Shown: positions 8,929 through 18,703, counted from the first letter of the stretch. The stretch is 64,000 nucleotides of DNA from Patescibacteria group bacterium (GCA_024654525.1 JANLHI010000013.1:18036-82035); one strand, 5' to 3'. Translations and numbers: made by a program. The notes: generated from the letters alone by a model not told the origin.

Positions 8929-9888
8929 ATGAGTATTAAAAAAATATCCTCATTTGTTGCCGTGGGAATCGTGGCGTTTATGATAGGTTCCGGTGCGCGA
9001 TATCTTTCGGCGCAAACGTTTAATGCGCCCACGCAAACTCCTCCTTCGGAAAATGTTCCCGCGCCGATTAATGTGGGGAGTATTACGCAAACAAAAATAG
9101 GAGGGCTCAATCTCGAAGGCAATTTTGCTATTAAAGCGGGGTCAAGCGAGGAATGGGCTTTTGATGTGCAAAGAGGAAGTTTACGGCTTGGGTCTGCGCA
9201 AGCGTGGGGTCCCGACGGTACGGTGATGATTGGCAGTGTGCCGGAAAATTGGAGCAATCCGAGCGGTGTTGTGTTGAATATCAATGGAGGAGTTCGTATT
9301 CAAGGAGGAAACAGCGGTGATGTGCTTACCAACAAAGGAGGTGGCGTGGCAAGTTGGGAAAAGCCGGTGGCGCCTGTAACCAGTATTCTTGCAGGATCAT
9401 ATATCACAGTGACTCCTTCAGCGGGAGGAGTGGTGACGGTGAGTGCGATTCAACCCTCGGCGCCCGATGTTCCCGGATGGGTAAATCCCGGTTCGGGAAG
9501 TTCTAATCGTGTGCCGGTAGCGGATTCAAACGGAAATGTGTCGTGGCGCGTAGTACGCGCAGTGGTAAGCGGCGGAGGAAGTTCTTCTATAGATGTAAAT
9601 TCCGCATATGAATCAATCCGACAGCCCAGTGATCCCCTTCTTCATGAAAATGGAATAGACCGAGCAGTGTATCACGATTCTTCGACACTCAACCGAATAT
9701 GTGTGCAGAAAGGATATGAGCGTTATGTGGGCGGAGGAACTTTCAAAATATGGACAAGCCCGGAAGATAACGGAGTAGTGGCGTGGGGCGGTTCTCAATG
9801 GGTAAAATATGATGGGGATAATAAGGAACATGTAGAAGGAGCTATCACGTGTGAAACAACAGGAAGCGCGCGTCTTATTCTGGAGTAG
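8929..9888 (+). CDS. secreted fibre-like protein, paralog 2 with extra C-terminal domain
   Basis: FNAPTQTPPSENVPAPINVGSITQTKIGGL; GDVLTNKGGGVASW; colinear with 8315..8905. Confidence 0.75.
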   Translation: MSIKKISSFVAVGIVAFMIGSGARYLSAQTFNAPTQTPPSENVPAPINVGSITQTKIGGLNLEGNFAIKAGSSEEWAFDVQRGSLRLGSAQAWGPDGTVMIGSVPENWSNPSGVVLNINGGVRIQGGNSGDVLTNKGGGVASWEKPVAPVTSILAGSYITVTPSAGGVVTVSAIQPSAPDVPGWVNPGSGSSNRVPVADSNGNVSWRVVRAVVSGGGSSSIDVNSAYESIRQPSDPLLHENGIDRAVYHDSSTLNRICVQKGYERYVGGGTFKIWTSPEDNGVVAWGGSQWVKYDGDNKEHVEGAITCETTGSARLILE

Positions 9889-9914
9889 ATAGTTTTTCTG
9901 AATATCGTAGGTAT

Positions 9915-9950
9915 ATCAAAAAAAACACCGGATCCCGGTGTTTTTTTGAT
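9915..9950. terminator. bidirectional intrinsic terminator
   Basis: ATCAAAAAAAACACCGG-atc-CCGGTGTTTTTTTGAT between convergent genes. Confidence 0.85.
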
Positions 9951-9961
9951 GAGTATAAATT

Positions 9962-10624
9962 TTACTGAGCGGTACTAGTAGTAATAACGATTGCCGGAGT
10001 GTAGAGCACTTGGCGGGTTACATTTGCAGTGCTTCCTAAGAAGCGTGTCCCCGTCACTTCGATAGTATTGAGTCCTTCGTGGAGCATGACGCGTTTTTCC
10101 CAATCACCTTGGTCATTCACAGGCACGGATTCGCCATTTACGGTTGCTTTCTCTCCGTACGAGAGAGAACCGCGAACCGTAATTTCCTCCGTCTCGGCGG
10201 GAGTAATGCCGCGCGGAGGATATTCCACGATGAGAAGCGGTGTACCGAAGATTGCGACAAAACGTACGCCAAGATAAATAAGTAACACCACTCCCACTCC
10301 GGCAATCCACATGGGAGCTGACGATTTTTCCTTAAACCTGTTTATGGGGAGGGCATCTGAAGATCCGGACGCCCTTACCACTCCTTCCGCTTTTAATTCG
10401 CGCCACCATGCTTCTCCGTCGAAATCAAGTACGGTACCGAGTTTATGAAGATACCCATGCACATATGGGGAAGGTGGGAGCGCCTCAAAATTCCCCGCAA
10501 TAAGGTGCTCAAGGTGGGCAATTGAAATGTTCGACATTTGAGAAAGCTTCTCAACAGTCCAGTTTTTATCGCGGACTCGTTCATGGAGAAAAGTTCCAAA
10601 TTGCTGAGGGGAAGTTTCGGTCAT
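9962..10624 (-). CDS. RodZ-like protein (XRE HTH + TM + Ig-like domain)
   Basis: HTH with LPPSPYVHGYLHKL, single TM, C-terminal LHEGLNTIEV beta domain; downstream of ftsK. Confidence 0.8.
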   Translation of the reverse strand: MTETSPQQFGTFLHERVRDKNWTVEKLSQMSNISIAHLEHLIAGNFEALPPSPYVHGYLHKLGTVLDFDGEAWWRELKAEGVVRASGSSDALPINRFKEKSSAPMWIAGVGVVLLIYLGVRFVAIFGTPLLIVEYPPRGITPAETEEITVRGSLSYGEKATVNGESVPVNDQGDWEKRVMLHEGLNTIEVTGTRFLGSTANVTRQVLYTPAIVITTSTAQ

Positions 10625-10707
10625 AGTACTTATAACTTATAACGTCTTATCAATAACCGCAATCTACGCGGTAAGAGGGTATGCACGAGAATTAAGAATT
10701 ATTCCTT

Positions 10708-12849
10708 TTACGCGGGAGATTCGTTGCCCTGTTCAAACTTCTCGAAATATACATCGCGAGGTTTTGCGCCATCGCCGGGACCGATAAGTCCCCGTTCTTC
10801 CATAATATCAAGAAGACGTGCGGCGCGCGCATAGCCGACTTTCAATCGCCGTTGGAGAAGAGAGGCGGATGCCCGTTTTGCCTCAAATACCACGGTAGAT
10901 GCTTCGTCGAGAAGTTCGTCGTCATCATCATTCGCGAAATCTTCAAAATTCACCTCATTATTGGGAATGCCTCCGGGAGGAAGATTGTTATTGGAAAGAG
11001 GCATCTCTTCGCTCGGCAACGGTTCGTTATTATCACGGATAAAATCCGCGACCGCATTAATTTCCGCTTCCGAGATGTAGGATCCTTGAATACGTTTCGG
11101 TTTAGAAATGTCGGAGCTAATCATAAGAAGATCTCCGCCGCCGAGAAGTTTTTCTGCACCCGCCGTGTCAAGAATTGTCCGTGAGTCTATTTGGCTTGCG
11201 ACTTGGAGTGCGATACGGCAAGTAATGTTTGCTTTGATAAGTCCGGTAATGACTTCCACAGAGGGGCGTTGTGTGGAGAGTACCAAGTGAATACCGGTTG
11301 CACGCGCCATTTGTGCAAGGCGGACGATTGATCCTTCAACTTCGCGGCCATATGAGGTCATAAGATCGGCGAGCTCATCGACAACGATGACAAGATACGA
11401 AAGCGAATCTTCTTTGTGGGTGGAATTGTAGCTTTTAATATCCCTACACCCGGCTTTAAGGAGAATATCGTAGCGTCGATCCATTTCCGCAATCGCCCAG
11501 CGGAAAACCCCAATGGCCTTCTTGTTTTCCGTGATAACCGGAGAGATAAGGTGGGGGATGTGTTCATAGATGGAAAGTTCTACGCGTTTTGGGTCAATAA
11601 GAATGAGTTTCAACGTTGAAGGTGAATTTTTATACAAGAGAGAAATAATAAGTGAGTGGATTGTTACCGATTTCCCGGAGCCGGTGGAACCCGCAATAAG
11701 TACATGAGGCATTTTTTCTATATTGGTGAATATGGGTTCTCCTGTTACGTCGCGGCCAATAGCAAATGAAAGCAATCCTGCCGATTGAAATTCGGGATAT
11801 GTCATAAGGCTTCCTAATCGAACAAGTGCGGCTGTTTTGTTTGGAACCTCAATCCCTACGAGCGACTTTCCGGGGATTGGTGCTTCTATACGGATGGGAT
11901 GCGCGGCAAGCGAAAGCGCCAAATCTTGGTGCAGCGCGGTAATGCGCGAGAGCTTCATTCCTTCCGCGGGTTTTAATGTATAGCGGGTTACTTTGGGACC
12001 GATGTTAATTTCCCCCATTTCAACCGAGATGCCGAATGATTCAAGAGTGCGCTTGATAATGTTCGCATTTGCGCGAAGGTCTCCCGTGGTGGGTTTTTCA
12101 ATGCCGGAGAGAAGGAGAGAGAGGGGAGGAGGAGTGTAATTGCTGGGCATTGAAATCTTTGCGGTATGCGCTTTACCTGTTGGCGCTTTCATAGAGTGAG
12201 GTTCTGCAATGACAACATCCTCATCCTCTTCCTCTTTTTCGGATGGCTCTGCGGGAATCACCTGTTTTTTTCTGGGAGCTACTTCTTTTTCCTCTCCACC
12301 ATCATCAGGGAATTCTATTTCTGCTTTTGATGTATACGATTGATCTTTGTTGTGCGCAAAGAGTTTTTGGAGACGGGAAAAATTAAGGGGTATATTGGCG
12401 GCAACAAGGATTCCTACCACAAGAAATACCGTATTGAGAATAAGTGCGGCGGTGTCGCCAAAGGGGATTCTCAATGAGCCGAACACCAGTCCCACCCACC
12501 CTCCTTTTCCGGGAAGTATTATTTCGATAAGACCGAGAAGAGAAAGTAGGACAAGCGCACCCCCGAGAGAAGTAGTGGCAACGATCCTTTTTCCTTCGGA
12601 GAAGAGCAATACTCCCGATGCGAACAAAAGCGTCGCGGGAAGCACTATATATCCTGCGCCGAGAAATGTTTCAAATACCTTGTAAAGCAATACTCCCGCA
12701 GGGCCCGATTTTCCGAACTGAGCAAGGACGAGTATCGCGGCGATGCCTATGAATATGATGGCAAGAATACTTTTTTTGGTAGCATCGTGCAGACGTGATT
12801 GGAGAGATTGTTCCTCTCCATTTCGTTTTTTCGTTTTATCTCTCGACAT
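10708..12849 (-). CDS. ftsK: FtsK/SpoIIIE DNA translocase
   Basis: N-terminal TMs, MPHVLIAGSTGSGKS, IDPKRVEL, VVDELADLM, TQRPSVEVITGLIKAN, gamma domain ASASLLQRRLKVGYARAAR; start set at MSRDKTKK. Confidence 0.97.
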   Translation of the reverse strand: MSRDKTKKRNGEEQSLQSRLHDATKKSILAIIFIGIAAILVLAQFGKSGPAGVLLYKVFETFLGAGYIVLPATLLFASGVLLFSEGKRIVATTSLGGALVLLSLLGLIEIILPGKGGWVGLVFGSLRIPFGDTAALILNTVFLVVGILVAANIPLNFSRLQKLFAHNKDQSYTSKAEIEFPDDGGEEKEVAPRKKQVIPAEPSEKEEEDEDVVIAEPHSMKAPTGKAHTAKISMPSNYTPPPLSLLLSGIEKPTTGDLRANANIIKRTLESFGISVEMGEINIGPKVTRYTLKPAEGMKLSRITALHQDLALSLAAHPIRIEAPIPGKSLVGIEVPNKTAALVRLGSLMTYPEFQSAGLLSFAIGRDVTGEPIFTNIEKMPHVLIAGSTGSGKSVTIHSLIISLLYKNSPSTLKLILIDPKRVELSIYEHIPHLISPVITENKKAIGVFRWAIAEMDRRYDILLKAGCRDIKSYNSTHKEDSLSYLVIVVDELADLMTSYGREVEGSIVRLAQMARATGIHLVLSTQRPSVEVITGLIKANITCRIALQVASQIDSRTILDTAGAEKLLGGGDLLMISSDISKPKRIQGSYISEAEINAVADFIRDNNEPLPSEEMPLSNNNLPPGGIPNNEVNFEDFANDDDDELLDEASTVVFEAKRASASLLQRRLKVGYARAARLLDIMEERGLIGPGDGAKPRDVYFEKFEQGNESPA

Positions 12850-12962
12850 AGTTGGATTATGTGTAGTGTCTATATTCTCGTACAGAATCGGCAAAGTGTG
12901 AAGTGTCCGCGCATCGATGAGAATGCAGTATAATGCTATTAGCGTTATAATGCCACGAATAT

Positions 12963-14402
12963 ATGAATATAAATCCAAGAATTTTCAGAGGATATGACCT
13001 TAGGGGTCTTGTAGGGAAAGACTTGAGCCCCGAAGTTGCAGAGCATCTTGGGAGAGCATACGGGACATATATGAAGCGTCATGGAATTACACGGCTTGTG
13101 GTGGGGCGAGACTCGCGAGCGACGGGTCCTACCTACAGCGCGGCGCTTATTCAAGGACTTTTATGGACGGGCGCTGAGGTGGTTGATATTGGAATGACGC
13201 TTGTGGGGACATTTTATTGGTCTCAATACCATCTTACCTGCAAAGGAGGAGTATTTGTTTCGGCGTCTCATAATCCTCCCGAATACAACGGGTTTAAATT
13301 TGCAAATGATTTTTCCGAAACGCTTGTGAGTGATGGGATGCAGGAGTTAAGGAGAATGGTACAAGAAGAAGATTATGAAGAAGGGCCGGTGCATGGGAGT
13401 GTTGCCGTGCAAGATATACGCGAAGAATATTATCGCGATCTTCTTTCTCGTATAATGATAGGAAAAAAACTTCGAGTGGTAGTGGATGCGAGCTGTTCTA
13501 CTGCGGGGGCATTTGCGCCGGATCTTTTAAGGCGTGCGGGATGCGAGGTGATTGAGAAGAATTGCGAAGTTGACCCGTCGTTTCCTTTGGGGGTTGCCGA
13601 TCCTACGTCGTCGATAATTGCGACGCGTGTCCGCGGGGAGGTGCTTGAGGCGCATGCGGATATAGGATTTACCTATGATGCCGATGGGGACCGTATCGGT
13701 ATCGTGGATGAAAAAGGGGATATCATTTGGAATGATGTACTCACTGCAATATTTGCTACGGACGTATTACACAATCATCCGGGAGCGACAATTATGTACA
13801 ACATCCTTTGTTCCAAGACCGTCGAAGAAACCATTGTGCGGCACAGAGGAATTCCCTTCATGTGGCGCGTAGGACATTCGTTCCTCAAGAAAAAAAATCA
13901 GGAAATTGGGGCGGCGTTTATTGGTGAGCTTTCCGGGCATTTCTTTTTCTCGAAAGATTTTTACAATCATGATGACGGATTATATGCGACACTGCGACTC
14001 TTGAGTTACTTGGCGCGTACGCAACAAACATTATCGCAGGCGGTTGCCGTCTTGCCGCACTATGCTTCAAGTCCAGAAATCAAAGTGTATTGCGCAGATG
14101 AAAATAAGGAAGCATTGATAAAAAAAATAAGCCCGATACTTCGCACGGCGTATCCTGATGCGCAAGTGATTGATGATGAGCGTGCGGGTGATGGGGTGCG
14201 TCTTAATCTTCCCGATGCGATGTTTGTGGTGCGCTATTCACAGAACGGACCATACCTCACCATTAAATTTGAAGGGAAGACGAACGAAAGATATCACGAG
14301 CTCGCAAAATTTATTCACGATCTTCTGAAGAAATTTCCGGAAATAGATTGGAATTCATCTATCAACTTGAATGTGGAAGCACTCAAAGAGGAAGGCGAAT
14401 GA
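12963..14402 (+). CDS. phosphomannomutase/phosphoglucomutase
   Basis: IFRGYDLRG, SASHNPPEYNGFK, DADGDR, GELSGH. Confidence 0.95.
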   Translation: MNINPRIFRGYDLRGLVGKDLSPEVAEHLGRAYGTYMKRHGITRLVVGRDSRATGPTYSAALIQGLLWTGAEVVDIGMTLVGTFYWSQYHLTCKGGVFVSASHNPPEYNGFKFANDFSETLVSDGMQELRRMVQEEDYEEGPVHGSVAVQDIREEYYRDLLSRIMIGKKLRVVVDASCSTAGAFAPDLLRRAGCEVIEKNCEVDPSFPLGVADPTSSIIATRVRGEVLEAHADIGFTYDADGDRIGIVDEKGDIIWNDVLTAIFATDVLHNHPGATIMYNILCSKTVEETIVRHRGIPFMWRVGHSFLKKKNQEIGAAFIGELSGHFFFSKDFYNHDDGLYATLRLLSYLARTQQTLSQAVAVLPHYASSPEIKVYCADENKEALIKKISPILRTAYPDAQVIDDERAGDGVRLNLPDAMFVVRYSQNGPYLTIKFEGKTNERYHELAKFIHDLLKKFPEIDWNSSINLNVEALKEEGE

Positions 14403-14512
14403 CATGTTTTTGTTCGAAAGAGTGCTGGGGGTACAATGTGGGAAGCACTGAGGTTTATAGCCTTAGAATAATATGGCGAGTGTTGCCATAGAAATTAACA
14501 AATGGAGGTTTT

Positions 14513-14782
14513 ATGAATCTAGAGTTCATTATTAGAATAATTGCAATCTTTATCTTATATGTTGTCGTAGGAATGTTGGCGATAGGCGTAACCTTGGGCA
14601 TCGTTATTTTTATGGCATTAGGAGGATTATGGCTTGCAGAGAAATCAGGCATGAGTCTTCCTTATATTGCAGAATCATCATTTATTCCGAATCTTACGAT
14701 GACGATTGCGCTTATTTTGTATATTTCTGCGCTGGTCGCCGGGGTTATCGAAGTCAAGAAAAGAAAAAAATATGTTTTATGA
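14513..14782 (+). CDS. small membrane protein, hypothetical
   Basis: hydrophobic 89-aa ORF preceded by a GGAGG Shine-Dalgarno. Confidence 0.6.
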   Translation: MNLEFIIRIIAIFILYVVVGMLAIGVTLGIVIFMALGGLWLAEKSGMSLPYIAESSFIPNLTMTIALILYISALVAGVIEVKKRKKYVL

Positions 14783-14859
14783 GAATGATAATGCTCGCAC
14801 GGAATGTGCGGGCATTTTTATTGACGCTTGCTCTTTCGTTGGAGTATAGTGGGGATGCA

Positions 14860-15339
14860 ATGCAAGATTTTTTCAACAGTTCTCTTGGTATGAATCTTTC
14901 CGTGCCACAGGTGGTGCGGGAGGTTATTCGTTTTATGAAAGAGGATGAGACACGGGCATATAAAGTAATTATCGGTACCGATTCGGAGAGACTTCCCGAA
15001 AACAAAGCGGACTTTGTTACGGCGATCGTGGTACACCGAATAGGAAATGGAGGAAGATATTTTTGGAAACGAGTTGAGCATGCTTCAATTCACACGCTTC
15101 GAAATCGTATTATTAAGGAAGCGCTTATGTCACTTGATATCGCAAAAGAGGTATTGATGGAGCTTAAGGCTGCATCTGCTCCGGAATTCGGTTTTGAAAT
15201 TCATGTGGATGTCGGTGAACATGGCCCGACGAAAGTGATGATTCAAGAGGTAGTGGGAATGGTTCGTGCGCACAACTTTGAGGCGAAAACAAAACCTGAA
15301 AGTTATGCGGCATCGAATGTGGCGGATAGGCACGTGTAG
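14860..15339 (+). CDS. YkuK/DUF458 RNase H-like protein
   Basis: IIGTDS, FVTAIVVHRIGNGGRYFW, EIHVDVGEHGPT, KPESYAASNVADRH; promoter TTGACG...TATAGT just upstream. Confidence 0.9.
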   Translation: MQDFFNSSLGMNLSVPQVVREVIRFMKEDETRAYKVIIGTDSERLPENKADFVTAIVVHRIGNGGRYFWKRVEHASIHTLRNRIIKEALMSLDIAKEVLMELKAASAPEFGFEIHVDVGEHGPTKVMIQEVVGMVRAHNFEAKTKPESYAASNVADRHV

Positions 15340-15431
15340 GAGTAATCGCGAATAATGCGAATCGCAGGCAAATAACACAAATGGATTTGCATTATTAAAA
15401 TCAAAATTCGCATTATTCGTGATTACTCCTA
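15337..15431. repeat. 26-bp inverted repeat with 9-bp internal periodicity filling the intergenic space
   Basis: TAGGAGTAATCGCGAATAATGCGAAT (15337-15362) vs ATTCGCATTATTCGTGATTACTCCTA (15406-15431). Confidence 0.85.
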
Positions 15432-16015
15432 TGGATACTTTAGTGTTCGACATAGAAACGCAAAACTTCTTTACCGATCCCGGCGTGGGGTGGGATAATT
15501 TTGAGGCGCTTAAAATTTCTGTAGTGGGGATATATTCCTATAACCAAGATAACTATATATGTCTTGAGGAGTCCGAAATGCGCGCAGTAGCCGACCTTTT
15601 TGAAGGTGCGAATCGCATCGTGGGATTCAGCATCAATAGATATGACGTTCCGGTACTCCAAGCATATTTCAATCGTTTTAAAGAAGGGGGAAAACCGGAT
15701 CTTTGGAAAAAAGACCGTGTCGACTTGCTTAAAGAAATTGAAATGGCAACAGGATCACGAATAAGCTTAAACAAAGTAGCGGAAGCGAATCTTGGAGGAG
15801 GGAAGGATAAAAAAGGATCCGAGGCTCCCGAGCTTTACCGTGCAGGGAAAATTGACGAACTCAAAGAATATTGTTTGAAGGATGTGAGACTTACGAAGGA
15901 TCTTTATGATTTGTATCGGCGGCAGGGGTTTCTTATGGTGCCGGAACGAGGGACGGGAAAATTGCGTAAGGTTACTTTTCCCGAACTTCAGGTTCCTACG
16001 GTGCGACTTTTCTAG
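15431..16015 (+). CDS. DEDD/RNase H-like exonuclease domain protein (YprB-like)
   Basis: LVFDIET, GFSINRYDVP, DLLKEI, YCLKDV motifs. Confidence 0.88.
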   Translation: MDTLVFDIETQNFFTDPGVGWDNFEALKISVVGIYSYNQDNYICLEESEMRAVADLFEGANRIVGFSINRYDVPVLQAYFNRFKEGGKPDLWKKDRVDLLKEIEMATGSRISLNKVAEANLGGGKDKKGSEAPELYRAGKIDELKEYCLKDVRLTKDLYDLYRRQGFLMVPERGTGKLRKVTFPELQVPTVRLF

Positions 16016-16051
16016 ATTATTGTTATAAGGAAGGATATGCGGAATGGACGC

Positions 16052-17368
16052 ATGAGAAAGATATATTTGGATTATGCGGCGACAACCCCGATTGCCCCGG
16101 AGGTTTTGCGTGCGATGACTCCTTATTTTTCGAATATGTTCGGTAATTCGGGTTCGTTGCATGGATTCGGACAAGAAGCGGTTTCCGCAATCGATAATGC
16201 GCGAGAGGTGGTTGCTCGAATTATCAGTACGGATTTCGAAGGGGTGGTGTATACCAGTTCCGCAACAGAGGCGAATAATCTTGTATTACGAGGAGTGGTG
16301 AAAGCGTTGCGAACCACGAATCATGAATCACACGAAATTCGCAATTCAAAATTCGTTATTCGTCCTCGTATTATCATTTCCTCTTTAGAGCATGAATCGA
16401 TACAAAAAACCGCGTACGATCTTGAGAGGGAAGGATGCGAAGTTATAGAAATTCCGGTAAATTGCGAAGGAGTGATTGATATAACAAAGTTGAAACAGGC
16501 GTTGAATGAGCGAACGATACTGGTTTCGGTAATGTATGCAAACAATGAGATAGGCACGGTGCAACCAATTGCTGAAATTGCAGAGGTCATCCGCAGTTTC
16601 AGAGAAGAAAGGAATAAAAATCATGAAAAAAGAAAAAATTTTCTATTCTCTACTCCTTATTCCTTATTCCCGTTATTCCACACCGATGCGGTACAAGCAT
16701 TCCAATTTTTAGAGTGCGATATGAAGAAACTTGAAGTTGATATGATAACGCTTTCCGCTCATAAAATATATGGACCGAAGGGAGTGGGAGTACTGTGTAT
16801 ACGCAAAAAACCACACGAAGTAGGAATAAGGAATCAGGAATCAGGCATAACTTCCAATTCTCCATTTCTTATTCCAGTAATGACCGGGGGTGGGCAGGAG
16901 TTCGGATTGCGGTCAGGTACGGAAAATGTTTCCGGTATTGTGGGATTTGCCGAAGCAGTACGACGCGTAACAACAATGCGTATGCGCGAAACGCGGAGAA
17001 TTGCAAAACTTCGAGAGAAATTGTGGTGCGATATTAAGAAGATTTGTCCGAAGGTGAAAATAAATGGAATAGATGAATTCAAAATTCAAAATTCCAAATT
17101 CCGGACGTTGCCTAATATTCTGAATGTTTATTTCCCGGGGATGTACGCCGAGGAGATGTTGGTAAGATTCGGCACAATGGGAGTGGCGGTGTCTGCGGGA
17201 CCTGCGTGCAGTAGCAGGGCAACAGAGCCATCACGAATAATTCGGGCACTTGGGTATTCGGCGACGCGCGCACGGCAAAGCATCAGATTCAGTTTTGGCG
17301 CTTATACCACCGAAGATGAGATTGTTCGCGCGGGAAACGCTGTAAGAAAAATAGTGCGACAAATGTAA
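16052..17368 (+). CDS. iscS: cysteine desulfurase (IscS/NifS type) with four low-complexity insertions
   Basis: IYLDYAATTP, TSSATEANN, NNEIG, HTDAVQA, SAHKIYGPKGVG, RSGTENV, SAGPACSS; alternative start at 16037. Confidence 0.93.
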   Translation: MRKIYLDYAATTPIAPEVLRAMTPYFSNMFGNSGSLHGFGQEAVSAIDNAREVVARIISTDFEGVVYTSSATEANNLVLRGVVKALRTTNHESHEIRNSKFVIRPRIIISSLEHESIQKTAYDLEREGCEVIEIPVNCEGVIDITKLKQALNERTILVSVMYANNEIGTVQPIAEIAEVIRSFREERNKNHEKRKNFLFSTPYSLFPLFHTDAVQAFQFLECDMKKLEVDMITLSAHKIYGPKGVGVLCIRKKPHEVGIRNQESGITSNSPFLIPVMTGGGQEFGLRSGTENVSGIVGFAEAVRRVTTMRMRETRRIAKLREKLWCDIKKICPKVKINGIDEFKIQNSKFRTLPNILNVYFPGMYAEEMLVRFGTMGVAVSAGPACSSRATEPSRIIRALGYSATRARQSIRFSFGAYTTEDEIVRAGNAVRKIVRQM

Positions 17369-17440
17369 TAATGGTTGCGGGATGTCGGGCCTGCTCATAT
17401 AATAGAGAAGAGCTTCTCGTAGGCTCTTTTATAGAGTGTC

Positions 17441-18703
17441 ATGAAGAAAAATATTACAATTTTTGTTACAGGGCTTGCGATTGGGGCGATTTTCCTCTCT
17501 TACATGGGAGCCTCGCGGGTGCAGGCAAATTTTTTCGACGATATATTAAAGGGTGTCTCGTCACTTTTCCAACCGTCAGCGACAAGCACCTCGGAATCTG
17601 CTACAAGCATTGTTTCTTCCGAAAAAACCGTACCGCTTTATCAACCGGTTCTTGATTATGAAAAAGCAGTGATTGCTGCAGTGAAGAAAGCAGAACCGGC
17701 AGTGGTTTCTATCACTGTCACAAAGAATGTCCCAGTTATCGAGAACTGTGCATCTAATCCGTTTGGAGACCTTCCTCCTGAGTTTCAAGATTTTTTCGGA
17801 GGAATGCAATTTTTTACGCCATGTCAGAAAGGAGTGCGCTCGCAGGATGTGGGGGGAGGGAGTGGGTTTATTATTTCGGCTGACGGGATGGTAATTACAA
17901 ACAAGCACGTAGTAAGCGATGAGAAAGCGTCATACACCGTATTTATGAACGACGGAAAGAAGTATGATGCGAAGGTGCTGGCGAGAGATCCGGTACAAGA
18001 CCTCGCGATTTTAAAAATAGAAGGAATGGATTTTGCTACGGTAACTATCGGAGATTCCGATTCGGTGGAGTTGGGACAGACCGCAATCGCGATTGGAAAC
18101 GCGCTTGGGGAATTTCGGAACACCGTTTCTGTGGGAGTCATCTCGGGGCTTGCGCGTACTGTTACCGCATCGGGAGGGGGAACCGTTGAAACTATTACAG
18201 GTGTTTTTCAAACCGACACCGCAATCAATCCCGGGAATTCCGGAGGACCCCTCCTGAGTTTGAAAGGAGAAGTCATTGGCATTAACACTGCCGTGGCATC
18301 GGGTGCTCAGAACGTGGGGTTTGCAATACCCGTAAATCGAGCAAAAAGAGCAATTACATCGGTAAAAAATACCGGCGAGATACAGACTCCGTTTTTGGGA
18401 GTGCGATATGCTTCAATAACTCCCGATATCGTCAAAGAACAGAAATTGGCGGTTGAATACGGTGCGTTAGTGCGAGGATCGGAGAGTGGACCAGCGGTTA
18501 CTCCGGGATCTCCTGCGGAGAAGGCAGGAATACTTGCAGAGGATATTATTTTGGAGATTGATGGGAGGAAAGTTGACAAAGACCATAGTCTTGGAGATAT
18601 GATAGCTACTCACGAGGTGGGTGATGTGGTTGCACTTAAGATTCAACGCGGGGGGAAGGTAATTACGCTCAACGCTACGCTCGCAAAGAGACCAATCGAA
18701 TAA
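17441..18703 (+). CDS. htrA: HtrA/DegP family serine protease with PDZ
   Basis: GGGSGFII, TNKHVV, DLAILKI, QTDTAINPGNSGGPL, C-terminal PDZ. Confidence 0.95.
   Translation: MKKNITIFVTGLAIGAIFLSYMGASRVQANFFDDILKGVSSLFQPSATSTSESATSIVSSEKTVPLYQPVLDYEKAVIAAVKKAEPAVVSITVTKNVPVIENCASNPFGDLPPEFQDFFGGMQFFTPCQKGVRSQDVGGGSGFIISADGMVITNKHVVSDEKASYTVFMNDGKKYDAKVLARDPVQDLAILKIEGMDFATVTIGDSDSVELGQTAIAIGNALGEFRNTVSVGVISGLARTVTASGGGTVETITGVFQTDTAINPGNSGGPLLSLKGEVIGINTAVASGAQNVGFAIPVNRAKRAITSVKNTGEIQTPFLGVRYASITPDIVKEQKLAVEYGALVRGSESGPAVTPGSPAEKAGILAEDIILEIDGRKVDKDHSLGDMIATHEVGDVVALKIQRGGKVITLNATLAKRPIE

Noticed and set aside
12850-12978. N-terminal extension of FtsK in the ORF track (similarly sigma 34592-34948, ykuK 14629-14859, hsp20 56668-56733)
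   Set aside because: The extensions overlap divergent genes or promoter elements; downstream ATGs fit family starts.
14400-14402. UGA recoding (code 25) as in Gracilibacteria/Absconditabacteria
   Set aside because: TGA ends full-length conserved genes (PMM, pilD) and code-11 ORFs are intact.
16309-17103. Inteins or self-splicing introns in iscS
   Set aside because: Inserts are only 28-62 nt, with no intein terminal residues or group I/II intron cores.
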